Source: Epiperipatus broadwayi (lineage: Eukaryota > Animalia > Onychophora). Taken from it: a stretch of DNA of 64,000 nucleotides. The notes beneath the pieces are model-generated. The model was given only the letters and a program-made list of their open reading frames with translations. It had not been told where the DNA came from and searched no databases. The stretch spans positions 1,364,001-1,428,000 of the forward strand of contig JAQFVV010000010.1 in the NCBI GenBank assembly GCA_028023455.1, in the 5' to 3' direction. A program made the translations under genes and the position numbers. This document shows positions 12,899-25,660 of this stretch, piece after piece (the stretch's first letter is position 1; each line of letters begins with the position of its first letter).

Positions 12899-14773
12899 AT
12901 GGGCAGAAAATATCCAAATGTAATACCAAAAGAAAATTAAGTGAAATAAAAAAAAGAAAAGCAAAAAGGTACTGTGCACAAATTTTTAAGAATTCACAAT
13001 GATGCACAATCGGAAAGGACTAATGAAGACAATGAAAATATTTATATAAATGAAAATGTCTTCAGAAAACTTGTTCAAGTTATCAAGATGAATGAAAACG
13101 TTTAAATGGGAATAATTCAGGGTGCTATGCTTAAGAATAAAAAGAAGCTTAACACAATACTAAATACCCCCACTAGCAAATAATAGAAGATTATTTAATG
13201 AAAAAAGGAACACCAAAAATTATTGTGACTGAATTTCCCACCAAAATAATAAAACTCATTTTTCAAAAGTTGATCTTAAAAGAAAACTTCCAGATCATGA
13301 AATGATATATCATCCCTGGATTATATATTCTGATAAAAAGTGAAAAAATTTCCACAAAGATAGGATGATTGCTTCATCCACATCAGGATTCAAAATCAAA
13401 GCATTATTTAGTTACAATGCTAAAATGTATAGAACCCTAAAAAGACTAAATGCTGTGGAAATTATAAACAAGATACAACAGAAAATACTGAATCAAGAAA
13501 AATCATGATTATGTTTAATTTTCGATAGATCAGTTGAGGTAATATGGCATTTTAAGACTGTCAAAAACAAAGTTGATTCACATAATGGAAACTGTCTAAG
13601 AATTATTGACTGCTTGGAAAATTTGACCTAATAATTCATGTCAATCTTAGATGAATTACCAGTAAATAAGATTGAGAACATTATCTAAGCAAAACAATTC
13701 AAAATGAATCTGTGAATTTAAAGAAAACTAAAATCCAAAACCAGATAAATTGAATGAAATCAGGAAAGTATATTGGTGTAATTCTTGAATGTACTCCAGA
13801 TTTCAGCCATCAAGAACAATGTCCCTTACATTCATATATGACTCTGATATTACCTTAAGGGATTCAATTATTGGTGTTTATGAACAGTTTATTAAATGTA
13901 TAATTCTCCAGGATTAAATATTAATAATAGGAGGGGGCATGGAAATAATAATGATTTAAATATAAAAGAAAAATATCTGTAATTCAGATTAGACTCTTAA
14001 AGGAAAATTCTAGAGCAGTTTTAATATTCTGAGCTTGTTATAATTACAATCTTGTTTTGGAAGATGCAACTAAAACTTGCATTTAAGGCATTAACTTTAT
14101 TTGGTATATTTCAATGCCATTATATTTTATTATCATGTACAAAGAGATTGCCATTTCTCCATAAATATGTTTTAAAGGTCTCACTTTTAAAGTCGTTTTA
14201 TGATACAAGGTGCTAAGGCAGTAATGTATTAAGAAAATTAAGTCTATGATGCACTTTTGAAATATCAGAAATGGCAGAAAATTCTCAAATTAAAAGTAAT
14301 GAAAAACTACTTGCACATTCAATAAAAGATTAAAAGTTTATAGTATCCCTCAATTTACTTTTCCAGATAAATTTTTTTAGCAAGAAACTTCAAAAGGATT
14401 CTGTGAATAGTTCTGCAGCACTTCCATTTGAAAAACTATTGTATTGGTTGACCAAACAGTGATACTGGGTTCAAACAATTATTACTTGAAGTAAACATAT
14501 TCACAGAAGATTTGGGAATAATTCCAGAATTTCAAAATAAACGGGTGAGAAAAAAAGTTATAGTTATAAAGTTGAAGATGAGCCAATTGCTAATCATAAT
14601 TTTTTAAATGTAGTTCTGAATAAATGAAAATGACCATTACAAACTCAATTTGAATAATTGAAAAATCGTAAGAGTTTATTTGAATTTTTGGAAAAATTTC
14701 AAAAATGGAAAAAAATGTACTTAAAACCATGTGGCACATGTAGAAATTGCTCTCATGAATACTAAAACTATTT
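12899..14773 (+). pseudogene. hAT transposase remnant, 5' part
   Basis: MGRKYPN start, NGNCLRII, HYLSKTIQNE and ILECTPDFSHQEQ (D-TPD-SH-EQ motif of hAT transposases), with many stops and frameshifts. Confidence 0.8.
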
Positions 14774-14934
14774 GGTTGTCATCTGATCCTTCGTGTCAGT
14801 CGCTAGAGGCGTGATTTCTAATCAAAAACACATTAATATAACGTTTCTGGGCCAGCGATTCTCTATTAATATTGATTTTTTTTTGTTTGTTTGTTTACAA
14901 AGTTTACTTTCTTTCATTTCTGAATTATTTTTCC

Positions 14935-15696
14935 CAAATAATATTTTTGACGATGGTATAATAATAGTTGTTTTTTTTGGATTGCCGAAATTTAAGAGAG
15001 AACAGGTCTTTTTTGGTGTGTGTTCAAATAGTAATTTGTGTTTTTTTTTTTTTTAAAATAGTATTACTGTTTTTGTAAAATTGGATTGCCGAAATTTAAG
15101 AGAGAACGGGTTTTTTTTGGATGGATCTTTAAATAATAATTGACGTTACTTTGATAGGTTTCCATTTGATTGCCGACAACAATTATCGGGAGAAGTGTTT
15201 TTTTTTTTTTTCACCACGTGCGTGTGTGTGTATGTTTAAATAAAAATTAAAACCGTTACTTTTATCGGTTTACATTTGATTAACGACCGATATGACTTCC
15301 TTTCGTTTATAAATTATGATTTTTGTTTCTACGAATAAATATTTTTGACAATGGGACAATAATAGTTGTTGTTTGTTTAATTTTTATTGACAAAAGGTTG
15401 TTTTTCGGTGTAGTTACGTTTAAATATTAAGTTACCGTCTTACTTTGATTGGTTTACATTTGTTTGAGACTAATTATTGGGAGGGGTGTTTTTTTGTGTG
15501 TACGGTTGTAGATAACAATTATTGGGTGAAGGGGTGGGTCAACCGTTTAAACAATAGTAGTTTTAAGTTGCGGTCTTACTTTGATTGGTTTACATTTGAT
15601 TGCCGATACTAATTATTGGGAGGGGTGTTTTTTTGTATGTATGATTGTAGACAACAATTATTGAGGAAAAGGGTGTAACCGTTTAAAGAATAGTAG
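14935..15696. repeat. Internal ~110-130 bp diverged tandem array of the Merlin element (left block; continues at 18264-18479 and 23959-24300)
   Basis: Recurrent GTTACTTT..TTTACATTTGATTG..CAATTATTGGGAGGGGTG units. AATATTTTTGAC(A/G)ATGG recurs near 14940, 15340 and 24020. Confidence 0.75.
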
Positions 15697-18263
15697 TGTA
15701 ATGGTAAGAAAAGTAGAGCTGCTTTAACCTAACCTAGAGATGCAGATAGAGAAGGTTCGAACCTCACCTACTCCTCTAGATTGCTACTAAGTGACTTACT
15801 CCCCAAACCTCACTAGAATTTAGTCAATGTATGCCCCGGTGGTCAGGGAGAGAAGAGACCATGCAAAGGAATTTTTACATATATAATGATCAGAGGTACA
15901 TACGCATATCACAAAAGAAAACAATACTAAGTGGTTTTATTTATAGTGAATGAAAGATAACAGAAACTTTTATTATTTACATTAAAAGAATTCATACAAT
16001 GTTTTATTAATAGTGTCATAGGCTATTTTTACTGCAACCGGATAGACATATTTGAAAGATCCATTGATCGTAATGATAAGAACAGACAAAATTTTACATT
16101 ATCATTTCTTTCTTTAAAATATTCCAGCCAATGGAAGTGTTATGTAAAAGAAATCAAGAGAGAGAGATGATTCATTAACTCTGTGGTTGGAGAACATAGA
16201 AATAAATAGGTGGTCAAACTCAACTAAACACTTTGGACAGGTTTAAATCACCGCCCTACTTATGGTTTAAGAAGAATGATAAAGTGACTCCAGCAGGAAT
16301 TTCCAGCTATAATTGAAACATTTCGACGATATTTTGAGAAAGATTTCCTAATAAATATAAATATATAAAACCATGCACACAGGCGATAGCATATAGTGGG
16401 CTGTGAGGCTCGAGACATAACAGTTACCAAGAAGTTACCACAAGACCAGATAGCTCTCCATCTCTAAACTAGGTTAGAGAGAAAAATGGAATCCGTTCGC
16501 TAAACATGTGACCCGGATTCAGGATCGGAGTTTTTGTTGCTTATGTCCAGTTACGTACATTTAAGGAACTGAGATCGACATGAGATCCCGAACAATTTAT
16601 TTATTTTTCAGAAGGTCCGAATGTAGGTATGTTAACCTAAGCAAACTTGGCAAAAGAAGCACTGTAATTTATGCTGAGAGGCCCAGATGATCACCTGAGG
16701 CACGATACCATATAAATACGGTCAACGACCTTTAAATTTAAAAAAGAAACCCTCTGCAAAATATATATCTTAGGAAAGCTCAACTATCATTGAAAATCTG
16801 CAGAAAAATAGTAACTTCACCTTTATAAAATTTGAATTAATAAAAAGAACAAGTGAGTGGATATTTTATTTATTTAGTTGAAATTTAACCCATTCACCAC
16901 TAAGCCAATGCTATTTAATAATTTTTTAATACATATTGTCAAAATGTACTCTCTCTTAGTACTAAAATATAAATGCGAACGTTTTATTTCACGCTCTTTA
17001 AAATATAACTTTAAATTAGTAACCCTTCATTGACTAAAATATACAGGCATTTGATAAGGATCTTTCTTTTATATATATATAAAAATCAAATTAAAATATT
17101 GAAAGTTTTCTAATAAAATATTTAGCAATTAAATCTTGATTTTAAAAATAGAGTTGTTTGCACTTTCTATGATTTGCTTCCTTTTCTTTCCAAAAGATCT
17201 ATATAAAATAAATGCCTTAATTACTGTAGTATAATGACGGAAAGCTAAACGAAGTAATTTTCAATTAAATTTATAAAAGCTATCACCGCCATTATATATA
17301 ATAACCCCTCCCATTACGATATAAAAAAAAAAGAAAGCAATTAATGAAATATAATTTCACAAGATTCGAATACATAGATTTAAAAAAACATATATATAGA
17401 AAAGCATAAATATACATTGAAATTGCAAATTACAAAGATATTTTAATAATTTATGGGAACGCTACTGGTAACTAAATGGGTGGGTCAAAATGACTTCATT
17501 TGATGTTTCCCTGAAGGTCTTCTCAGTTCTTCAAATTTGTTTTTCCATGTTTTTGAGGGCAGATTTTCACGGATACAGGGCAGATACTTTTGTTCTCTGA
17601 CTGGCTTACATGATTACGACTCCTGCATCAGGAACAGCTCAGGAGAGCTAAGGCAAAGAAGTTACCCCTGCATTTTTGCAGAGCAACACATTTCTGGATT
17701 CTTTTCTTTGAATGCTGAAAGAATAGAGTGCAGCTTGAAGTAAGTACAGCAAGCAAGAGTTCGCTATATTGTCCAATCTTTCAGAAAAATTTCTTCCAAC
17801 AAAATTCTTAAGATTTCTCTCTGACCTTCAGCACAGGTTACCAGCAAGCATCAGACCAAGAACAAAAGAAAAGTTCTTTATTTATACCCTTTTTCCATTA
17901 TGTTTTTAATCTGCTAATTAGTAGCGAATCATGCCCGTTGTTTCAAATTTTTCCTGTTATCTATTTTTATCTAATTCAGAAAAATGTTTTACTAATTAAA
18001 TTCCTTTTCTTAATGGATTCTATTTAATTAAGAAATTCATCGAATTCTACCAAATATATTTTAAAAATAATTGCAATTATAATTTTAACTTTCTATATTT
18101 TATTTTATTAAATCTTTTAATTTAGGCAACTATTTGAGAAAATGATAAATTTATGTTTGAAAAAGAAACATACATTTACTGTGGTTGGACTTAGGGTCTT
18201 AGTTAGTCCACAGTGAATGGTGAAGCCAGCATATATATATTTATATATATATGCACAGCTTCA
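15697..18263. mobile_element. Unclassified 2.57-kb TG..CA insertion (long solo LTR or compound LTR remnant)
   Basis: Interrupts one unit of the Merlin repeat array. Begins TGTAATG, ends GCTTCA, with GTAG on both sides (15693-15696, 18264-18267). No TE protein motif recognised. Confidence 0.4.
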
Positions 18264-18479
18264 GTAGTTTACGTTACTTTTAGTGGTGGTGTACATTTGA
18301 TTGCTGACAATAATTAGTGAGAGGGGTGGGTGTTTTTGGATGATGATTAAATACTAATTTACCTTCCTTTTTATTTTACATTTGATTCCCGACAGCAATT
18401 ATTTGGAGAAAGGGTTTTTTTTTTGTGTGTGTATGTTTAAATCAAAATTGAAGTTACTTTTATTTATTACATTTGATTG

Positions 18480-19192
18480 TGCTATGTGTGCGTGTATTCA
18501 CATATACACACAATAATAATAACTCTATTAACTCCATGTATGTGTGTGTATTAACAGATATACGCAATAATAATGTAACTATTACAAATGAATACAAGTA
18601 TGTGTGTGTATGCTTATTAACAGAGATACGCAATAATAATGTAACTATTACAAATATTCAAGTATGTGCGTGTATGCTAAAGGCATCACAGAAACGATTA
18701 AGGTTGGTCAGAGATAACCAGACTGACCACGTTGTACCTCGTGTCATGGGATGACCAATGGAAACAGAGAGTGTTACAAACCGGGACGGCGGGAAAAAAC
18801 AAGGTCAGACTTGCTAGGTGAAGTTGAGGGATGGATGCGTTTTCCTGAGTGCATAGACACTACTTCACTTTCAGCTCGTCTCGCAGAGAGGTCTACCTCT
18901 GAACATACTAAGGTAGACCTAGGGACCATTACAGGTCGTATAGACTTTAATATTGTTTATTGTAAGCCTGCGGGCCTTTAAGACTAGAGTTGTATAATAA
19001 TGTGTTAGTCAGTTTACCTTTGTAATAATTGTATTATATATTAATCCTTGTATATGTATTTATGTATATAAACCTATTAACTCCACTACCGTGTTCGTGT
19101 GTTTAGTTATATAATTACCTGTCGCTGTTGAGTGCGATAAATCTCACTCGAACCTCAACCATATATATATCCGACTAGTACTGGATATTGCA
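18480..19192 (+). repeat. 5' LTR
   Basis: About 98% identical to 23246-23958; contains ~60-bp internal tandem repeats (ATACGCAATAATAATGTAACTATTACAAAT). Confidence 0.97.
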
Positions 19193-19193
19193 C

Positions 19194-19204
19194 TGGCACA
19201 GTCG
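19194..19204 (+). promoter_or_regulatory. Primer binding site TGGCACAGTCG (probably tRNA-Ser)
   Basis: One base after the LTR end. Differs by one transition from TGGCGCAGTCG in the TRIM. The tRNA identity comes from recalled tRNA-Ser 3' ends and was not searched. Confidence 0.75.
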
Positions 19205-19311
19205 TAACAGTTCAATTTGAACCCTAGCAGTCTGCTGACAACCAAATAAGTCAGGCAGAATTACTGAAGTAGCGAACGAACCTACGGTATTAAACAAGTT
19301 AGTTATATAAA

Positions 19312-22300
19312 TTGCTTAAAATGCAATCGACAATATCCGAGTTTGACATCAGAGAGGCAAATGAGTGGCCCCTGTACATTCAACAGATTGAAAATTACTG
19401 TTTTATTAACAGAGTAGAGGAAGATGCGTATAAAACAGCGACATTATTATGTTTTGCAGGAAAAGGGGTCATACAAATAGCTAACAGATTAGCAGAACCC
19501 AACACTCCTGAAAAATTAACCTACGATGAGTTAAAACATCGTTTGTCAAATTATTTTAATCCTCGACCGTCTAGGCACATCGCCAGACTTCATTTTCGAA
19601 ATCGCCATCAAGGCAGAAATGAAAATACGCAGGATTACGACTCAGCCCTACGCGAACTCACAAAAAACTGCTGTTATGATTCATATTTAGAAGAAGCGCT
19701 ACTGGAACAATTCCTATGTGGAATGAATAGCGACAGTTTGAGGCAGCAGTTACTGGCTGATGAAGACATAAATTATCGTGAAGCTATCAAACGCAGTATT
19801 GCTCACGAAATAGTGGTGGAGCAAGCAAAAGAATTTGCTTTGAAAAAAGGCATTGATAGCGATCAAACAGGAATATTTGGTGTTGAAAAACTCAACAAAG
19901 GGTCTTCCGATAACAAAACTATTAAACAGACAAATAAAAGTCAGACAAAGTGCTATTGTTGCGGAAAACTAGGTCATATAGCTAAAGATTGCTATTTCAA
20001 ACACGATCGATGTAGACTGTGTAAAAAAATAGGTCACATGGCGAGAATGTGTGAAAATAGAACAGTTGACCATGTTAAAGGAAATAATATACAAAGTATA
20101 AATAATACCAAATGTAATATTGTTATAAATAACACGGTTATAAATCAAGCACAGAAATTTATGACTACTGTGAAAGTTTACGGAAAACCCCTGTCGATGG
20201 AAATAGACAGCGGTAGCGGCATTTCTTTAATATCCGTAGCCGACTGGAATTCGATCAGGGTGGAAATAAGAGAGCCCCCTAGGATTAGCAATACTAAGCT
20301 TAGAGCATCGGACGTAAATGGTAAAGAAATAAAAATTAAGGGTGTAGTCCAAGCCCAAATTACGAGTAGTAAAGGCAACATTTCAATCTTGCCGCTATAT
20401 ATTGTACACGCCCCATAAACCCTCTCATTGGTCGGGACTGGTTTACAGAGCTCGGACTTGAAATTTCATTGGTCAAAAAAATTGACAGTGAAAAAGACAT
20501 AAGAGATCGTTTCCCTAAACTTTTTAATGGCAAACCAGGAACGATTAAAACTAAACCTGTGTCACTGGAAATGTCACCAGAGGCCGTGCCAATAATTTGC
20601 AGACCTCGGAAGGTCCCCTTCGCACAGAAAGAAAAAGTAGCGAAAGAGATAAATGAGTTAGTGAAGAACGGCGTTCTAGAACCGACAGAGTGGGCAACTC
20701 CGCTGGTCGTTATCACCAAACCTAACGGACAGATACGCTTGTGTGGCGATTATCGCATAACTGTCAACAAATCTCTAAATAAACACGCCTACCCCGATCC
20801 AAACTCCAGAGAAATATTAGCATCACTGCAAAAATCAAAATATTTTGCTAAATTAGATTTAGATGCGGCCTTCCATCAAATTCCAGTAACAAATAAGGCT
20901 GCCAAAATTCTAACACTGACTACTCATGTGGGTCTATTCAAATGCAAACGCCTCCCATTTGGCATAGCGTCCGCTCCCAGTATATTCCAAGCAAAAATTG
21001 AAACTCTGCTTACTGGATGCGAGGGCGTTATCCCTTATTTTGACGACATATTAATTACTGCAAGATCAGAAAATGAATTGCATTGTCATTTAACTACTGT
21101 CTGTCAAAGGCTAGAAGAGTTTGGAGCGAAATTAAACACTGAAAAATGTATATGGAAGGCCACTGAATTAAAGTTTTTAGGGCACATAGTCTCTAGCTCT
21201 GGGACAAGGCCATCCCCCGAAAAGGTCAAAGCAGTGTCAGAAGCTAGAAAGCCTAGTAACGTAAAACAATTGCAGGCTTTTTTGGGTTTGGTAAACTATT
21301 TTGAGAACTTCCTAGAGGGCAAAGCTCACATAGCCAAACCATTATACGAGCTACTGAAAAAAAATCAGAAATGGAAATGGGAAGCAACACAAGAAAGGGC
21401 TTTTCAAAATACCAAAGCTTTACTTGTATCAAACAAATTACTGGTACACTATGATAGCGATCTTGAAATAACACTAATGACTGATGCATCAGAATATGGA
21501 GTGGGGGCAGTAATATGTCACCCAGCTCAATCTGGGGAACGTCCCATAGCATACGCGTCGCGCACTTTGTCCAAAGCTGAAAAAAATTATAGTCAGCTGG
21601 ATAAGGGAGCGCTAGCCATAGTATTTGGAATTCGTAAATTCCACCAGTATCTATACGGTCGTTATTTCAAAATCATGACAGACTACAAACCACTTCTGGG
21701 AATTTTAGGCATCAAACAAATTCCGGAACACCTCAGCCTGCACATGTTGAGATGGATTAACATATTCGCCGGGTATGATTACAGTCTGGAATATAGAAAG
21801 GGAAAGAATATTGGTCACGCCGATGCGTTATCCCGAATGCCTGACAACTCAGAGAATACAACAAGTGAAATAGAAATCAATTATATTGATGCGCTTCAAA
21901 GCCAGACTCTTAATAGCTGAAAAGTAGCAGCATGGACTAATGAAGACGCTGGCTACAAATGGCTGATGAAAAAAATTAGAAGAGGCTGGCCAGCACAGCG
22001 TCCTCCGTTTTTGCACATAGAGCTATGGAAAGCTCGCAAAAAATTATCAATATGTAAAGGTTGCATTCTTAAAGGCGATCAGGTCCTAATACCAAAAATA
22101 GGTAGATCGCACATACTAAATTTATTACATGAAGGTCATCCAGGCATTGTCAGGGCAAAAGCATTAGCCCGTAGTTATGTATGGTGGCCAAGAATCAGCA
22201 CTGAGATAGAAACATTCATAAAAAATGTTCTAGCTGTCAGTCATGTGCAAAAGCACCCCCAGCAAAATATGAAGCTTAGAAAGAAGCAGAGAAACCTTGG

Positions 22301-23192
22301 CAGAGAATTCACATTGACCACTGCGGTCCAATCCACGGACAATTATTTCTGGTAGTGGTTGATGCCTACTCAGGATGGTCAGAATATAAACCAGTGAAAA
22401 ACACAAGTTCGGATGAGACGCTGGACAAGCTCATGGAAATTTTTTCATACCACGGGCTACCGGAAACCCTCGTATCCGATAATGGAACCGGTTTCACGTC
22501 TGAAAAATTTGCCGAATTTATGCAGGAATGGGGGATTAAACACATCCTTACCCCCCTACCACCCCCAATCAAATGGACTGGCCGAGAAAGCGGTACAAAG
22601 CTTAAAGTCATCAATGAATAAATTGGGAAAAGGAAGACTCCAAGAGGCAGTTTTCATGGCATTGCTATATCAGCATTCCACACCCACAGCTAAAACGGGC
22701 AGATCACCTGCAGAAAAATACTTAGGCCGGAAATTACGTACAAAGCTCTCAGCAATAATGCCATCAAAAGAGCATCAAATGCCAATTACGACAAACAACA
22801 AATTTTCACCTGATGAACGAGTCTGGGTGAAAAATAATTTAAATAAATCATGGACTCAGGCATACATGGTACGCCATTTAAGTAAACAAGTGGTTGTTGT
22901 CCGTATGGCAGATGGCAAACAATTGCGTAAGCACATTAACCAATTGCGCAAGAGTGCAACAACAGAATTCTGTACTCTGCAATTGTTTAAAAGTAATGAC
23001 AAAGAAAATGATACTCACTATGAAACTAAAAGTGAAACAGAAATCATTACTGCTGACGAAGAAAGTCAAAATAGTGAAGAAAATGAAATAGTCACAGATG
23101 GTGAAATTAAATCACTCCCACACGCAAAGAGGAGAACAAAAATTCCCCTCCGCCTGCACGATTATGTGTTAAGTTCAGAGAAGAAGAAATGA
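19312..23192 (+). pseudogene. gag-pol polyprotein, disrupted
   Basis: Two CCHC knuckles (CYCCGKLGHIAKDC, CRLCKKIGHMARMC), protease IDSGS, RT YFDD, RNase H TDASEYGVG, integrase HEGHPG / IHID / SDNG / AEKAV. Frameshifts near 20415, 22222 and 22553; stops TGA 21918-21920 and TAG 22277-22279. Confidence 0.95.
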
Positions 23193-23235
23193 AAAAAAAA
23201 ATCTTTTTTTTAAAAAAAAGTACGTCGCTGAACTT

Positions 23236-23245
23236 GGGGGAGGCG
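23236..23245 (+). promoter_or_regulatory. Polypurine tract GGGGGAGGCG
   Basis: Immediately precedes the 3' LTR. Confidence 0.85.
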
Positions 23246-23958
23246 TGCTATGTGTGCGTGTATTCACATATACACGCAATAATAATAACTCTATTAACTC
23301 CATGTATGTGTGTGTATTAACAGATATACGCAATAATAATGTAACTATTACAAATGAATACAAGTATGTGTGTGTATGCTTATTAACAGAGATACGCAAT
23401 AATAATGTAACTATTACAAATATTCAAGTATGTGCGTGTATGCTAAAGGCATCACAGAAACGATTAAGGTTGGTCAGAGATAACCAGACTGACCACTTTG
23501 TACCTCGTGTCATGGAATGACCAATGGAAATAGAGAGTGTTACAAACCGGGACAGCGGGAAAAAACAAGGTCAGACTTGCTAGGTGAAGTTGAGGGATGG
23601 ATGCGTTTTCCTGAGTGCACAGACACTACTTCACTTTCAGCTCGTCTCGCGGAGAGGTCTACCTCCGAACGTACTAAGGTAGACCTAGGGACCATTGCAG
23701 GTCGTATAGACTTTAATATTGTTTATTGTAAGCCTGCGGGCCTTTAAGACTAGAGTTGTATAATAATGTGTTAGTCAGTTTACCTTTGTAATAATTGTAT
23801 TATATATTAATCCTTGTATATGTATTTATGTATATAAACCTATTAACACCACTACCGTGTTCGTGTGTTTAATTATATAATTACTTGTCGCTGTTGAGTG
23901 CGATAAATCTCACTCGAACCTCGACCATATATATATCGGACTAGTACTGGATATTGCA
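23246..23958 (+). repeat. 3' LTR
   Basis: Direct repeat of 18480-19192, followed by TSD GATTG. Confidence 0.97.
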
Positions 23959-24351
23959 GATTGACAACCGATTGACTTTTTTTTCGTTTATAAATTATTG
24001 TTTTGGTTTCCCAAAAACCTAATATTTTTGACAATGGGACAATAATAGTTCTTAATTTGATTATTATTGATAAGAAAGGATCTTTTTTGGTGTACGTTTA
24101 AATAGTAATTTGGGTTGTGTTTAAATAGTAATACTGTTTTTAAAAATTTAAGTGACAAAATTAAAGAAACATCGGGTTTTTTTTTATGGATCTTTAAATA
24201 ATAATTTCCGTTACTTTAATTTGTTTACATTTGATTGACAACAATTAGTGGGAGGGGTGTTTTTGTGTATTTTTAAATAATAATTTACATTTTTTGGTTA
24301 ACAACAATTATTGTGTGTGTATGTTATGTTACTTTATTTATCAATTTGGTT

Positions 24352-24667
24352 AATAATATTTACTGGTAGACATTTCAATATCATTAATGGCATGCTGTAC
24401 GGTCAACTCGTCACGGCTCCGGTAATGCAGCAAACATAAAGACTTGATGAACGGCATTTGAATCCCTCAAACCAGCTGCCTTTTCGAAGTGCACATTTCT
24501 TTCGGCAAGAACGAGACTTACAAATGAAAGTCCAAAGATCTTTATGGACCTCAAGTCTCATACATTCGCCACACAAACATCTTTTTTTCTTTCAGCAGGA
24601 TGTTTTTCTGCTGTAGAAATGTTACAGCACTGATGGCTTCCGTGTCTGGCAAGTCCCATCTTTTCAT
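24352..24667 (-). pseudogene. Merlin transposase N-terminal zinc-ribbon fragment
   Basis: With two single-base frame corrections it reads MKRWDLPDTEAISAVTFLQQKNILLKEKK-RCLCGECMRLEVHKDLWTFICKSRSCRKKCALRKGSWFEG..FIKSLCLLHYRSRDELT. The WDLP..A..FLQ, CxC..CxxxxC and LRKGSWF pattern is characteristic of Merlin transposases. The DDE core is absent. Confidence 0.78.
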
Positions 24668-25274
24668 CTTTTCTGTTTTCGAATTTGCCGTACTTTTTGT
24701 CTTGGAAAATTTCTCACTGAAACATGACTCAAAGCGTGATCTTTAAAATATTACCCTAACCCACCGTAATCGAAAATTTAGGAGGAATATAAATTTATGA
24801 GGAACAATCACGATACTGTTAAAATTATTAAAATGTAACTACATCAATTCGTCTTAAAAAAAAAGATATCAATGAAAATTTAAATAATTTTGACATGATA
24901 AAATTAATAGACCCTTGTACGATATTGTTACATCAAATACATAACACAGCATTACGATATAGTCCATGACACAAACAACTACGGTATTTTCCTCTGCTTT
25001 TAGCATCGGAAAAAGCCACCCCATTAGCCGCTAAGCCGAGTTAACATTCTTTCTAGATTTTATCATAGAAAGAAGACTTAACTCCGAGTTAACAGTATAC
25101 CTTTTAGCATAGAAAGAAGACTTAACTCCGAGTTAACAATCTTTCTAGGATTTATTTTAGAAAGAATGCTTAAAGGCTTGGGTGCGGCCGCAGAAATGGC
25201 ATATTTCTAGAAATTTAGCTAGAAATCTCACCTCTAGTGGCTGACATGAAGGATCAGATGACAACCAACTATTT

Positions 25275-25660
25275 AAGAAGACTCATCTACTGATTTTATA
25301 AAGCAGACAGATTTAGATGACAATATGGTGGTCAATGAAATGGAAGTTCTAAAAATTATTCTTTCATTAGAATATTATAGAAATCTTTCTAAAATGTTTC
25401 TATTTTTAGTAGAAAATGATATAGCTATTACTTTTCATAATTTCTTCATTGCTCTTTGGATATATTTAACAATGCCAGTTTCTGGAGAAAGAACATTTTC
25501 TAGGTTAAAACTAATAAAAACTTATTCAAGGTCAACTATAATCCAAATAGGCTAAACAGTTTAGCAATTCCACCTATTGAAAATCAAGAAGCATGATAGC
25601 CAGATTTTTATTTATTTTGAAAGACATCTCTGAGCAAAAAGTTAGAAACTATTTAACCAT
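25275..25660 (+). pseudogene. hAT transposase remnant, C-terminal dimerisation domain
   Basis: FHNFFIALWIYLTMPVSGERTFSRLKLIKTYSRST (hATC motif). Removing the Merlin element and one TSD rejoins it in frame with the 5' part (EIALMNTKTI*EDSSTDFIKQTDLDDNMVVNE). Confidence 0.85.

Larger units (their letters stand above)
18480..23958 (+). mobile_element. Full-length Gypsy (Mag-like) LTR retrotransposon, young but coding-disrupted
   Basis: 713-bp LTRs (18480-19192, 23246-23958; 15 differences by my count), TG..CA ends, 5-bp TSD GATTG, PBS, PPT, and domain order gag-PR-RT-RH-IN with no env. Confidence 0.97.
14774..25266 (-). mobile_element. Merlin (IS1016/IS1595-like) DNA transposon, internal-deletion derivative carrying nested LTR insertions
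   Basis: 47-bp TIRs starting GG (14774-14820 vs 25220-25266, 42/47 identical) and 8-bp TSD AACTATTT (14766-14773, 25267-25274). Contains a Merlin-type N-terminal transposase fragment at 24352-24667. Confidence 0.85.

Noticed and set aside
18473-18981. ORFs of 93 and 76 aa (also 23245-23747) as genes
   Set aside because: They lie entirely in the LTRs and reflect internal tandem repeats; no protein motif.
20405-20470. Programmed gag-pol frameshift
   Set aside because: The shift falls inside the protease, just before its PLIGRDW motif, and has no slippery heptamer; better explained as an indel.
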